A stretch of DNA of 64,000 bases from an uncultured Gemmatimonadaceae bacterium (GCA_963781585.1 CAWAGQ010000006.1:160001-224000); one strand, 5' to 3'; counted from the stretch's first letter, positions 28,251 through 38,893 are shown. Translations and numbers: made by a program. The notes: a model not told the origin generated them from the letters alone.

Positions 28251-29972
28251 TCAGGGCGGCGATCCCGAGACCTCGAGGACGCGAAGCGCAATCTCGCGCG
28301 GCGACATCCGGAGCGTCGTCAGGGTCCGGACGTGATCGCCTTCGGCCGGCAATCCAACGGACAGGGGCGTGGCCGCGGGCACGTTGCAGAAGGTCGCCAC
28401 ACCCGCCGAGTCCGTGATTGCCTGATCGGCGTGCGCGCGGGCCCCGAGGCCGGACCTGCGCCCGCGTGAGACCTGCGCCGTCTCGTTCCAGGTGAGGCGC
28501 AGCGTCACGCCGGGCAACGGAGCGCGGGAATCGTCGTGGATCAAGGTGAGCCTCAGCGTCGCCTCGCTCGCACCGGGCATGCGCCCGTCGCACATGGCGA
28601 ACGCGATGCCCGCAGCATTTGGGGCACGGAAGGAGAGTTCGCGGCGCGCTCCCTCCTCCAGCACGATGTCGGTCCGGCCGATACGCACTCCGTAGCGCGC
28701 GTAGTCGGCGTGATCGGCCGCCACGGCGTAGACACCGGGCGGAAGGCTGTCGAACCGGAACCTGCCTGACGAGTCGATCATGGTACGCCACGACGTGCCC
28801 AGCAGCGTCAGGCGCGCACCCGCAAGTGGCCGGCCGGTGCTATCCCGCACGATGCCGGTGAGTTCGGCCGGCTCCTCCGACCGCGCGAGCTCCGGTGAAA
28901 AGACGAAGCCGCCCTCCTCCTCGAGCCCGACCTGCACCGGACGCACACCACCATTCGGCGCCGGCGCGATGAACAGCGAGCGAGGGATGCGCAGATACCA
29001 GCGCCGCACGATCCACGGCCCGCCCGCCAGCCGCGTGAAGAACACCCGTCCGCCCGTTCGCTCGCCCGACGCGTTATCCGGGAGGCGCAGCCACGAGAAC
29101 TCGACCCACTGCAGTTCCGAGGTTCGCGCGTCCAGCCAGACCGTGCCGCGAATCTCCGGTACGGTGCGACCGCGGACCGGCTCGAACGACAGGCCGACCA
29201 GACCACGCCGATCGCCGGTGCCGTCGGAGACGGTGAAGCAGTGGTCCCGCACGAATGCGTCGGAGAGCAGTGCGTTCGCGTCGAGCCCGTAGAAGATTGT
29301 CGTCATCTCGTTCACCGGCTGCCAGTAGCCGATCGTGGACAGCGAATCGCCGCGCAGACTTGTGAAGACGGGCGGCATGCTGTCGCTTGCGGCGCCATAG
29401 GCGCGGTGTGTCTCGTCGAGCACGGCGAGGTTGGTCGGATCGAGGGCCCGGCTGTAGCGCACCAGCTCGTAGCGCGCCAACCTGTCACGGGTTGTGATCT
29501 GCGCCGCGGTAAGGGCAGCGCGCGCGTCGTCCCAGAGCTCCGCCAGGCGCGACGCGTCGGCGAGACGGGTTCCGCACAGCGATTTGCCGGTGACCGCGAT
29601 ACCAGGAAGCGAGGTCGCAACGCGATCGAGCGCGACGTCCATGTGGCGCGCTTCCCCCGGCGCCAGCGGGAACGCATCGGACGTATAGCGTCGGGAGCCG
29701 ATGCGCTTGATCGACAGCCGGAAGCGTCCCGCTCCGGGCGCGCTCACAGTGAAGTCTCCCGTCTCACTGGTGAGCACGTTTCGCAGGCTCGCCGTGTCGG
29801 CCGCGGAGGCCGGGCTCTCGCGCTCGAGCGTCACGAGCGCGCCGGCCACGGCGGCGCCGGTCGCCCGGTCTGTGACGGTGCCGCGCACCATCTGCCCGCG
29901 AATGCTCGAGGGGCCGACCGCCAGCATCAGCAGAACGAGCAGTGAAGCGTCTCGTTTGCTTCCTCCCCGCAT
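28251..29972 (-). CDS. Secreted protein with multiple carboxypeptidase-regulatory-like domains
   Basis: Signal peptide; repeated VRGTVTD...GA.V.L, LTGIVRDSTGRPLAGA and TDSAGVATFCNVP modules. Confidence 0.75.
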   Translation of the reverse strand: MRGGSKRDASLLVLLMLAVGPSSIRGQMVRGTVTDRATGAAVAGALVTLERESPASAADTASLRNVLTSETGDFTVSAPGAGRFRLSIKRIGSRRYTSDAFPLAPGEARHMDVALDRVATSLPGIAVTGKSLCGTRLADASRLAELWDDARAALTAAQITTRDRLARYELVRYSRALDPTNLAVLDETHRAYGAASDSMPPVFTSLRGDSLSTIGYWQPVNEMTTIFYGLDANALLSDAFVRDHCFTVSDGTGDRRGLVGLSFEPVRGRTVPEIRGTVWLDARTSELQWVEFSWLRLPDNASGERTGGRVFFTRLAGGPWIVRRWYLRIPRSLFIAPAPNGGVRPVQVGLEEEGGFVFSPELARSEEPAELTGIVRDSTGRPLAGARLTLLGTSWRTMIDSSGRFRFDSLPPGVYAVAADHADYARYGVRIGRTDIVLEEGARRELSFRAPNAAGIAFAMCDGRMPGASEATLRLTLIHDDSRAPLPGVTLRLTWNETAQVSRGRRSGLGARAHADQAITDSAGVATFCNVPAATPLSVGLPAEGDHVRTLTTLRMSPREIALRVLEVSGSPP

Positions 29973-30170
29973 TCGCCGATCCGACCGGCAGCTGGACACC
30001 TGGCTGATCTCCCTGACGCACTTCGGCGATGACGATGGGCGGCCGCGCACGGCCCGCAGCCGGAAAATGTGGGGACTCGCGAGGGTTGGCCAGCGACCGG
30101 GTGCGCCGGAGTTTCGCTGCCGGATGGATCGCCACTTCCTCAGGCAAGGCTCGCGGTCTATCATGGGGAT

Positions 30171-30270
30171 ACTCGTCCGGGGTGCCCGACCGCGGAACAC
30201 CGTCCGCGTGAAGGCTGAGAGAGTCCCGTCGAACCTGATCCGGTTAGGACCGGCGTAGGAAGTCGCGAGT
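30171..30270 (+). ncRNA. TPP (thiamine pyrophosphate) riboswitch
   Basis: GGGGTGCC...GGCTGAGA...CCC...GAACCTGATCCGG-TTAGGA-CCGGCGTAGGAAG matches the THI-box consensus. Confidence 0.92.
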
Positions 30271-30458
30271 GACTCGGCGTTCGCTGACGCCGGGTCCGCC
30301 TGGGAATCGATGCCGTCGCGCCTGGCGCGCGAATGGTGTGTGTGGCGCGGAATGCACCGCGCCCTCGTCCCGGCAGCGGGTCCATCGCCAGTGCGCACTG
30401 GTGCGGGCGACGGGTCGATCGGCTCCGGCGAGCCTCGACCTTCTGCCTGACGATTCCC

Positions 30459-32831
30459 ATGCTGTCCCCACATATCCGCGCGATGCTGGTCGCGCTCTTC
30501 GCTCCATCACTTGGCGGGATCTTCGCCGCTGGCCGGTCACTCGAGGCGCAGGCGACGACGCCGTTCGTTGTCGCGGGCGTGGTGGTCGACGCGTCCACCG
30601 GGGCGCCACTGGACAGCGCTCGCGTGTACGTGGCCGGAACGACACCGTTGCGGTCATACCAGATCGGGACGGGCGGGCGGTTGTACGGTCCCGAGCGTGT
30701 CGGAACCGCCCCCTTGGCGGTCACCGTTACCGGTCCCGATGGTCGCTTTCGCCTGACGCTTCCGCGGGCCACAACGCTCGTTGTGGATCGTTTCGGCTAC
30801 GCCGCGAGCGAGCGCGACGTCTCACGCGGAGACACCACGCTGGTCATCGCGCTTGCGACCCGCGTGCTGGCCCGGGCGCGTACGCTCGAGGGGCTGACGA
30901 TCACCGCGGTCCGCGCGGGCAGCGACGCACCGATCGCGCAAACCACGCTCGACCGCGCACGTCTCGAGCGGGACTACACCGGACAGGACATACCGCTCAC
31001 CCTGCGTCAGGCGCCGTCGGTCACCGCGTATTCGGAGAGCGGATCGCTGCTCAACTATTCGTACTTCCGCCTCCGCGGCGTCGACCAGTCACGCATCAAC
31101 ATCACGCTCGACGGCGTGCCGCTCAACGAACCCGAAGATCAGCAGATCTACTTCTCCGACTTTCCGGACTTCACGAGTTCGGTGCAGAGCATGCAGATAC
31201 AGCGCGGCGTGGGCACGAGCAGCTATGGCCAGGCCGCGTTCGGCGGGTCGGTGAACTTCGCATCGACGTCGCTTGCCGGGTCGCATCAGGCGACTGCCCT
31301 GGAGCTCGGCGGCGGTTCGTTCGGGATGGCCCGGGGAATGCTCGAGGCGCAAAGCGGCCAGCTCGCCAATCGCTTCGCCTTCGCCGGTCGTGTCTCCGGC
31401 GTGCGTTCGGACGGGTATCGCCAGGGCGCGACCACGGCGGCCAACAGCGCATTCATGAGTGCGGGCTACTTCGGCAACCGCAACCTGGTGAAGCTCACCG
31501 CCGAAACCGGACTCGAGCAGAACGGCCAGGCATACGAGCCATTGCCCGACAGCACGCTGCGCCGCGATCCGCGGGCGAATCCGCTGGCCGGCGTGGGCGA
31601 TCACTACCGCGAGAGCTTCGCGACGCTGAACTACACGCGCTTCCTCTCGCCTGCCGCGTCGGCGGGACTGACGGCGTACGGGTTTCTGACCAGGGGCTAC
31701 TATGACTATCCGTCGGGGGCACCGGGTCCGGCACTGCGCTACCGGTCGGCATCGCGCTGGGCCGGGGTGATTGCGGCGGCACACGCAGCGGCGGGACGCC
31801 TGATGCTGGACGGCGGCGCGCACGCGGAGACGTACTCCAAGGATCATCAGTTCGACGACCGTCCGGACCTGCAGTATCCGGGGTACTCGAACACCGGCCA
31901 CAAGACCGAAGCGTCCGCGTTCGGCAAGGCGAGTCTCGCGTTAGGTGCGGCGACCCTGTTCGGCGATCTGCAGCTTCGCACCGCCGAGTTCCGGTATCAC
32001 CCTTCGGCGGGGTACGGGCTGGACGACGCCAGCCAGCGATGGAGCTTCGCGAACCCACGGGCCGGCGTGACGGTGCGCGCGGCGCCGCAGGTGACGCTGT
32101 TCGTGTCATACGGCACCACCGGCCGGGAGCCAACGCGCAACGATCTGTTCGCCGGTGCGGACGACGTCACGCCTGACGACGCCCCGACGCTGCTGCCGCT
32201 CGCCCGCGTGCGCCCGGAACACGTGAACGACCTGGAGGCTGGTACCACGCTCGTCGTTGGGCCGGCCGGATTCACGCTGAACATCTATGATATGCGGTTC
32301 CGCGACGAAATCGCGCGCACCGGCGCCACGACGCCCCTCGGGTATGACATCCGCGCGAACGTGGGGCGGAGCTACCGGCGCGGCGTGGAGCTCGACGGCT
32401 CGTGGACCGTCACGCCGTCGCTGGATCTGGGCGTATCGGCGGCCGTGAGCCGCAACCGGATCGTCGCGTATCACGACGAAGCGAGCGGGATGACCTTTCG
32501 GAACGTCGATCCGATCCTCACCCCCACGGTCGTCGCCAGCCACCGCCTGAGCTGGCACGCCGCGCCCGGGGTGTCGTTGACCGCCGACGGCCGGTATCAG
32601 GGGCGCACGTTTCTCGCGCCCACCGGTGACGACCGCCTGACGACTCCAGGGTTCTACGTCCTCGACGGGGGAGTGACGATTGCAGTGGGTGGGCGGACGC
32701 TGCTGGTGCAGGGGCGCAACCTGCTGGACCGGCGCGCCTATCCGTCGGGAGACGTGAGCAGTGACGGCGAGGCCCGGTATTTCATCCTGGCGCCGCGAAG
32801 CGTCGACGTGACGCTGCGGATCCGGATGTAG
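30459..32831 (+). CDS. TonB-dependent receptor, probable thiamine/precursor uptake
   Basis: Plug RLRGVDQSRINITLDGVPLNEPEDQ, QIQRGVGTSS.G.AAFGGSVN; located downstream of the TPP riboswitch. Confidence 0.85.
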   Translation: MLSPHIRAMLVALFAPSLGGIFAAGRSLEAQATTPFVVAGVVVDASTGAPLDSARVYVAGTTPLRSYQIGTGGRLYGPERVGTAPLAVTVTGPDGRFRLTLPRATTLVVDRFGYAASERDVSRGDTTLVIALATRVLARARTLEGLTITAVRAGSDAPIAQTTLDRARLERDYTGQDIPLTLRQAPSVTAYSESGSLLNYSYFRLRGVDQSRINITLDGVPLNEPEDQQIYFSDFPDFTSSVQSMQIQRGVGTSSYGQAAFGGSVNFASTSLAGSHQATALELGGGSFGMARGMLEAQSGQLANRFAFAGRVSGVRSDGYRQGATTAANSAFMSAGYFGNRNLVKLTAETGLEQNGQAYEPLPDSTLRRDPRANPLAGVGDHYRESFATLNYTRFLSPAASAGLTAYGFLTRGYYDYPSGAPGPALRYRSASRWAGVIAAAHAAAGRLMLDGGAHAETYSKDHQFDDRPDLQYPGYSNTGHKTEASAFGKASLALGAATLFGDLQLRTAEFRYHPSAGYGLDDASQRWSFANPRAGVTVRAAPQVTLFVSYGTTGREPTRNDLFAGADDVTPDDAPTLLPLARVRPEHVNDLEAGTTLVVGPAGFTLNIYDMRFRDEIARTGATTPLGYDIRANVGRSYRRGVELDGSWTVTPSLDLGVSAAVSRNRIVAYHDEASGMTFRNVDPILTPTVVASHRLSWHAAPGVSLTADGRYQGRTFLAPTGDDRLTTPGFYVLDGGVTIAVGGRTLLVQGRNLLDRRAYPSGDVSSDGEARYFILAPRSVDVTLRIRM

Positions 32832-32899
32832 CCGACGTCCGGTGTGAAGCGCGCGGAACGCGGGCCGGAACGAACCAGCCGGGGCCGCCCGGCGCGCTG

Positions 32900-32955
32900 C
32901 TCTGGTTGACATTCTACCCGAGGAGGTTCATACTCGGGTCGAATGTCAACCAGAG
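32900..32955 (+). promoter_or_regulatory. Promoter of padR-2 embedded in a 23-bp inverted repeat
   Basis: TTGACA (32906-32911)-17-CATACT (32929-32934); arms 32900-32922 and 32933-32955 with one mismatch. Confidence 0.8.
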
Positions 32956-33302
32956 AGCTCGAATCGGATCGCGACGCCCTTCTGCAGGGGACGCTCGATC
33001 TCCTCGTCCTGCGCATCCTGGCCCTCGGACCGCACCACGGGCAGGGGATCGCGCGCACCATCCAGGTGCGCTCCGGCGACACGCTGCTGGTTGATCACGG
33101 ATCGCTCTATCCGGCGCTCCAACGCCTGGAATCGCGCGGCTGGATCAGGGGATCATGGGGCACGTCGGACAACAACCGGCGAGCCCGCTTCTACGCGCTG
33201 ACCGCCGCCGGGCGCAAACAATTCCTCGCCGAGTCGGGCCGCTGGAACCGCCTCGTGACGTCGATCGCCCGTGTGCTCGCGCCCGGGCTCGCGGAGAGCT
33301 GA
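32943..33302 (+). CDS. PadR family transcriptional regulator (acidobacterial type)
   Basis: [11 protein letters not shown]...HG..I...[14 protein letters not shown]...NNRRARFY. Confidence 0.92.
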   Translation: MSTRELESDRDALLQGTLDLLVLRILALGPHHGQGIARTIQVRSGDTLLVDHGSLYPALQRLESRGWIRGSWGTSDNNRRARFYALTAAGRKQFLAESGRWNRLVTSIARVLAPGLAES

Positions 33303-33305
33303 TAC

Positions 33306-35972
33306 ATGCGCCGTCACCCGCGGAGTCAACGGGATTTCGAGGACGAGATTCGCGCCCACCTCAACCTGGAGACGGATCGACTCGTCCAGGAGGGACACTC
33401 GCCGGCCGAGGCGCGCGTGCTGGCACGCAAGCGGTTCGGCAATGTGGGGGCCTCGCAGGATCAGTTCCACGAAGCGCGCCGCGTCTCGCGGCTGGAAGAT
33501 CTCCTGAAGGACGTCCGCTACGCCGCGCGCATTCTCAGGAAGGCTCCGGCGTTCACGATTCTGGCAATCATGACCCTCGCCCTGGGGATCGGGGCCAACA
33601 CCGCGATCTTCTCCGTCATCAACGGCGTCGTCCTCAAGCCCCTCCCGTATCCAAAGCCGGAGCAACTGGTTTTCATCACCAGCCAGTTCCCCACGCTGGG
33701 ATTCGACCAGTTCTGGGTGGACCCGGTGGAGTACCTCGAGTTCCGGGAGCGGAACCGCTCTTTCCAGGAGGTGGGGGCGTATGTGACGTCGGCGGTCAAC
33801 ATGGGCGCCGGCGGAACACCCCAGCGCGTCACGGCGGCGGTTGCGACCTCGACGTTGTTTGGCGCCCTGGGTGTGCGACCCCGCGTGGGCCGGACGTTCA
33901 CGCCTGACGAGACGCTGCCGAATGCGCCCCGCACGGTGGTGCTCTCGTCGGAGCTGTGGAAATCGGCGCTCGGAAGCGATCCGGCGATCCTCGGCAAGGA
34001 GCTGGAGATCGACGGCGTGAAGCGCACCGTCATCGGCGTGATGCCGGCGGGCTTCGACATCCACGACCAGGGAGTCCGGATCTGGCTTCCGCTCCCACTC
34101 GACCCCGCCGAGCGCACGCAGGGACGAGGGGGGCACTTCCTGTACATGGTGGGGCGTCTCAAGGCGGGGGTGACGCTGCCGAATGCGCGCGCGGCCCTCA
34201 AGACGCTGCTCGGGCAGTGGCCGGCGATGGACGGCACGTCGCCGACCCTGAAGCCGGGACAGCCCGGCTTCGTGCACACGCCGAACAACATGACGCACCC
34301 GCTGCGGTTCGACGATCTGCAGACCGACATGATCGGCGGCGTGCGGCGGGCGCTGTGGGTGCTGCAGGCCGCGGTGGCGCTGGTTCTCCTGATCGCCTGC
34401 GCCAACATGGCGAATCTGCTGCTGATCCGCGCCGAAGGCCGCCACAAGGAGCTCGCGGTACGATCGGCGTTAGGCGCCGGGCGCGGGCGGTTGATGCGCC
34501 AGTTCATGACCGAAAGCGTACTGCTGTCGGTGGCGGGCGGGATCGCCGGCGTGCTGCTGGCGAACTGGGGGGTGAAGTCGCTGCTGGCGGCGAATGGCGG
34601 CAGCATTCCGCGGGCGTCGGCGGTCGGCATCGATCCGGTGGTCATGGGCTTCACGCTCCTCCTGGCAGTCGGCACCGGGCTCCTGTTCGGGCTCGCGCCG
34701 GTGCTTCACCTGACCGCACCGGGCGTGGGGCTGGCCCTCCGCGACGCGGGAAGCCGGACCACCGCCACGTCGGCGCGGCATCGCGTACGTCGCGGACTGG
34801 TGGTGACCGAGATCGCGCTCGCGATGATGCTGGTGGTTGGCGCCGGACTGCTGGTGCGGAGCTTCTGGAATCTGATGCGGGTCGACGCCGGATTCGACCG
34901 CACGCATCTCACCACGTTCGGGGTCGTCCTGCCGTCGGCGGCCTACGCGGACAGCACCCGGCGGGTCGCGTTCTTCTCCGACCTCGACCTGCGGCTGGCC
35001 GCGATCCCGGGGGTGCAGGGCGTGGCCGCGATGAGCGGGCTCCCGCCGCGTCGTCAGGTGAACGCGAACGACACCGATATGGAGGGATACGTTCCCGCGC
35101 CCAACGGCTTTCCGCCTAACGTCGATTACTACCAGTACGTTACGCCCGACTACGCGTCCACCATGGGCATCAAGGTGGTGGAGGGGCGCGGGTTCGAACC
35201 GACCGACGTCGCCGGTGCGCCGCCGGTGGCGCTGATCAACCAGACGCTGGCCCGGGTGTTCTACCAGAATCAGAGCCCGATCGGGCGCCGCATCCGACCG
35301 AGCGGCAACACCGTGTGGTGCACGATTGTCGGGGTGTTGAAGGACGTGAAACAGGGCGGCGTGGACCAGAAGACGGGGACGGAACTGTACTTCAGCTACC
35401 CGCAGACCCCGGAGACGCAGGGCTACGCCCCGCGGAGCATGAACGTGGTGCTCCGCGCCACGCTGCCGGCGTCGGCCCTGGCGTCGTCGATTCGCCGGGC
35501 GGTGAGCGGGCTCGATCCGGCGCTCCCGATCGTGAGCCTCCGCAGCATGGATGACGTGTTCAGCGATTCAGTGAGCCGGCCACGCTTCCTCGCCCAGTTG
35601 CTCGGCGTCTTTGCGAGCGTCGCGCTGATGCTGGCCGCGATCGGCACCTACGGGGTGCTCGCCTATACGGTGGCGGAACGGCGTCGCGAGATCGGCATCC
35701 GTATGGCGTTAGGCGCGATGGCGCAGGGCGTGGTCGGGATGGTCCTCCGCGAGGGGATGTCGCTCGCCGTGGTGGGCGTGGCGGTGGGGGTGGCCGGCGC
35801 ACTCGCCCTCACCCGGGTCGCGTCGACGCTCCTGTTCGGGGTGAAAGCGGCCGATCCGCTCACGTTCATCGCGGTTGCCGGGTTCATGCTGGTGGTGGCA
35901 CTGCTCGCCTGCGCGGTACCGGCCCGGCGCGCCACCCGGGTCGATCCCCTGGTGGCCCTGCGGCAGGACTAG
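33306..35972 (+). CDS. ADOP-type duplicated ABC permease
   Basis: EDEIRAHL N-terminal helix, LALGIGANTAIFS, LLIACANMANL, RRREIGIRMALGA, PARRATRVDP. Confidence 0.93.
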   Translation: MRRHPRSQRDFEDEIRAHLNLETDRLVQEGHSPAEARVLARKRFGNVGASQDQFHEARRVSRLEDLLKDVRYAARILRKAPAFTILAIMTLALGIGANTAIFSVINGVVLKPLPYPKPEQLVFITSQFPTLGFDQFWVDPVEYLEFRERNRSFQEVGAYVTSAVNMGAGGTPQRVTAAVATSTLFGALGVRPRVGRTFTPDETLPNAPRTVVLSSELWKSALGSDPAILGKELEIDGVKRTVIGVMPAGFDIHDQGVRIWLPLPLDPAERTQGRGGHFLYMVGRLKAGVTLPNARAALKTLLGQWPAMDGTSPTLKPGQPGFVHTPNNMTHPLRFDDLQTDMIGGVRRALWVLQAAVALVLLIACANMANLLLIRAEGRHKELAVRSALGAGRGRLMRQFMTESVLLSVAGGIAGVLLANWGVKSLLAANGGSIPRASAVGIDPVVMGFTLLLAVGTGLLFGLAPVLHLTAPGVGLALRDAGSRTTATSARHRVRRGLVVTEIALAMMLVVGAGLLVRSFWNLMRVDAGFDRTHLTTFGVVLPSAAYADSTRRVAFFSDLDLRLAAIPGVQGVAAMSGLPPRRQVNANDTDMEGYVPAPNGFPPNVDYYQYVTPDYASTMGIKVVEGRGFEPTDVAGAPPVALINQTLARVFYQNQSPIGRRIRPSGNTVWCTIVGVLKDVKQGGVDQKTGTELYFSYPQTPETQGYAPRSMNVVLRATLPASALASSIRRAVSGLDPALPIVSLRSMDDVFSDSVSRPRFLAQLLGVFASVALMLAAIGTYGVLAYTVAERRREIGIRMALGAMAQGVVGMVLREGMSLAVVGVAVGVAGALALTRVASTLLFGVKAADPLTFIAVAGFMLVVALLACAVPARRATRVDPLVALRQD

Positions 35973-35981
35973 TCGGACCCG

Positions 35982-36863
35982 GTGCGTCGGAATCAACCCA
36001 GTCGCACCGCCTGGCGGGTGGCCATTCGCCGGGCCGCGCACCAGCTGCTCGACGCGCCCGTTGTCTTCGCGGATCCGGTGGCGCTCAGGATTCTCGGACC
36101 GGAACAGGCATTGGCGCTTCGCGCAAACGCGGCCGCACAGGAGCGGGGGCCGATCGCGCGGGCGCTGCGGGCGTTCCTGGCCGCGCGGAGCCGGGTCGCG
36201 GAGGAGACGCTGGCCCAACTCGTGGCCGCGGGGGGCGTCCGCCAATACGTGATTCTCGGTGCGGGACTCGACACGTTCGGGTACCGGAATCCCTACCCGG
36301 CGGACCAGCTCCGGGTGTTCGAGGTGGACCACCCGTCCACCCAGATCTGGAAGCGCGAACAGCTCGAAGATTCGGGAATCGACGCGCCGGACACGCTGAC
36401 GTTCGTTCCGGTGGACTTCGGGCAGCAGGATCTGACGGCGCAGCTGCGTGACGCCGGATTGCTGGTGGGAGAGGGGGCGTTCTTTTCGTGGCTGGGTGTG
36501 GTGCCGTATCTCGACGAAGCGTCGGTGTGGACGACCCTGAAGTCGATCGCGGAACTCAGTCGTACCGGTGGCGGCGTGGTGTTCGACTACGCGATGCCGC
36601 CGGACGCGCTGACCCCGCTGCAGCGAACGGCGTTCGAGTCAATGGCGGCCCGCGTGGCCGCGGCGGGAGAACCGTGGCGGAGCTTCTTCGTGCCGGCGGA
36701 TCTGGAGCGCGAAGTGCGGGCGATGGGCTTCGGCCAAGTTGACGACCTCAGTGGCGATGAAATCAATCGGCGGTACTTCGCGGGTCGGCACGACGGACTG
36801 CGGGTTGGCTCGCTCGGCAGGATCCTCAGGGCCCTGTCGCTTAACGGCCGGAAGGTCGTATGA
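35982..36863 (+). CDS. SAM-dependent methyltransferase (leucine carboxyl methyltransferase-like family)
   Basis: SRTA..VA..RA, QYVILGAGLDT, VFEVDHP.TQ..K, WLGVVPYL. Confidence 0.88.
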   Translation: MRRNQPSRTAWRVAIRRAAHQLLDAPVVFADPVALRILGPEQALALRANAAAQERGPIARALRAFLAARSRVAEETLAQLVAAGGVRQYVILGAGLDTFGYRNPYPADQLRVFEVDHPSTQIWKREQLEDSGIDAPDTLTFVPVDFGQQDLTAQLRDAGLLVGEGAFFSWLGVVPYLDEASVWTTLKSIAELSRTGGGVVFDYAMPPDALTPLQRTAFESMAARVAAAGEPWRSFFVPADLEREVRAMGFGQVDDLSGDEINRRYFAGRHDGLRVGSLGRILRALSLNGRKVV

Positions 36864-36869
36864 TCCGTG

Positions 36870-38780
36870 ATGCGCGAGAACCAGGACTACGTATCCGGAT
36901 TGCCATCGCGTGAAGAGCGGACGCCAGCCGCCGGTCGTGCGACGTCGATCGTTCGATTCGGCCAGTTCGAGATAGACCCCGGACCGTGGGAGCTGCGAGC
37001 CGGCGCAAAGCGGGTCGCGCTAGGACCGAATCCCGTCCGCTTGTTGCACCTTCTGGTGAGCCGCAGAGGAGAACTGGTCACGCGCGACGAGATCTACCGT
37101 CTTCTGTGGCCGGATGGAGAGATCGACGTCAATCGCGGCACCAACACGTGCATCCGCCAGATCCGGCGGGCAATCGGGGACCGGGTGGGCGCCGAAGCGC
37201 TCATCCGAACCTATCCCGGACGCGGATACAGGTTCGTTGAAGACGTGCGCGTGACAGAACACGACCAACGCGGTCCGCGTTTGCGATGGAAGCGGCCAGG
37301 CTGGCGCCGCTCCGCGGCGGCGGTCGCTCTCCTGGCCGCCGTGCTCGCCTTCGGCATTGCGCGCGCTCGGGATCGAATTCCCACGATCTGGGTCCTCCCC
37401 TTCTCGACTACCGGGTTGGATTCGGCGCCCCTCCGCGGTGAAGGGATCGCGGCCGAACTCATCACCGTTCTGACGCGGATCGATCCAGCGCACCTGCGGG
37501 TGCTGGCCAGCGGCTCCGCTCGCTCGGCGGCCGCGCATGGCGCTGCGGACTACGTACTCGACGGAACGCTGCGGATGGACTCGACGGGCTCGGTCGTTAC
37601 CGCGAGCCTGGTTCGGGTGCGCGATGGCATGACGCTGTGGGCCGATCGCTTCGAGCGCGTCGGGGAAGGGCCGCTCGTGCTCCAGCGCGAAATCGCGGAA
37701 CGCATCGTCCAGGTGATCGCTCCGGCGATGGCTCCGGAAATCCACGCGACCTGGCAGCGTGATCCGGCCCCGGCCGCGCGCGACGCGTTTCTGCGCGCGG
37801 GCTATTTCGTCAGGCAGGGTCGCGAACTGCGCCTGGCGCTGTCGTACCTGGATACCGTGATCGCGCGCGACCGTCGCTTCGCGCCCGGTCACGCGTTGCG
37901 CGCGGATGCCCTGTTCCTGCTTCACGACCGTGGCGCGGCTCGCGCGGCGGCCGAGCAGGCGCTGCGCCTTGATTCGGCAGAGGCGCATGCGCACTTCATC
38001 CTCGGCAACGTCGATCTCGTGACCGACTGGCGTTGGAGCGCCGCGGAAGTGGAGTTGCGGAAAGCGATCGAGCTGGCTCCGGGGACGGCGCTGTACCATC
38101 TCGGGTACGGCTTCTTTCTCGCGGCCGCTGGCCGATCTGACGAGGCCATTCGCGAGGCGGAGCTCGCCGTGGCGCTGGATCCACTGTCGCCGGCGATGCT
38201 GACCGAAGCGGGCATGGTCTTTCTCTTCAGCCGGGCCTTTGATCGCGCCGCGCGCAGTTGCGATCAGGCGCTCGAGCTGGACAGCACTACCGGCTACGGG
38301 GCGGAGTGCGCCACGCAGGCCCATGCGCTCGCGGGTGACGTCACCATCGAGCTAGCCGATCGCCTCGCGCGCGCCAGCGGTGCCGACCCCGGCACGCTGT
38401 TCGCAAACGCCGGCCAGAGCGTGGCCGATCGACTACATCTGCTCCGCCAGTGGCGGCTCCGGCGTCTCGAAGCGCGGGCGAGGGTGTCCCCGGACTCACT
38501 CGGCGGACACGGCTGGTACGATCTGGCTGTCGCGTACACCGAAGCGGGACGTAGCGACGAAGCGCTGGCCGCCCTGCAGCGCTCGGCCGGGGAGCGCGCG
38601 ATCGCCTTCGTTGCCATGCGGGTGGACCCGCGACTGCACGCCCTTCGGACGGAGCAGCGATTCCGGGCTCTCGAGCGGGACCTGGCGGGATCGGATTGTC
38701 GCTGGGATGGCAATCGCGTCTGGCGCTGTCCCTCCGAAGCGGCTGGCGCGACGCGACGAGGAGCGACTGCGGCGGGTTGA
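36870..38780 (+). CDS. OmpR/CadC-type winged-helix regulator with TM, TolB-N-like and TPR domains
   Basis: LL.LLV...GELVTRDEI...LW, IRQIRRAIGD...IRTYPGRGYRF, VLPF, TPR-like repeats, C-terminal VDPRL. Confidence 0.85.
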   Translation: MRENQDYVSGLPSREERTPAAGRATSIVRFGQFEIDPGPWELRAGAKRVALGPNPVRLLHLLVSRRGELVTRDEIYRLLWPDGEIDVNRGTNTCIRQIRRAIGDRVGAEALIRTYPGRGYRFVEDVRVTEHDQRGPRLRWKRPGWRRSAAAVALLAAVLAFGIARARDRIPTIWVLPFSTTGLDSAPLRGEGIAAELITVLTRIDPAHLRVLASGSARSAAAHGAADYVLDGTLRMDSTGSVVTASLVRVRDGMTLWADRFERVGEGPLVLQREIAERIVQVIAPAMAPEIHATWQRDPAPAARDAFLRAGYFVRQGRELRLALSYLDTVIARDRRFAPGHALRADALFLLHDRGAARAAAEQALRLDSAEAHAHFILGNVDLVTDWRWSAAEVELRKAIELAPGTALYHLGYGFFLAAAGRSDEAIREAELAVALDPLSPAMLTEAGMVFLFSRAFDRAARSCDQALELDSTTGYGAECATQAHALAGDVTIELADRLARASGADPGTLFANAGQSVADRLHLLRQWRLRRLEARARVSPDSLGGHGWYDLAVAYTEAGRSDEALAALQRSAGERAIAFVAMRVDPRLHALRTEQRFRALERDLAGSDCRWDGNRVWRCPSEAAGATRRGATAAG

Positions 38781-38893
38781 CACGACGGCGTGGACGCGTG
38801 ACGACCGCGTGTTCACCTCGTGCTTACACGGATTCCATTGCTCATGCGAGCCGGGATCTCAGATTGGGCGCCCGTCGTTCACGAGGAGATCGC

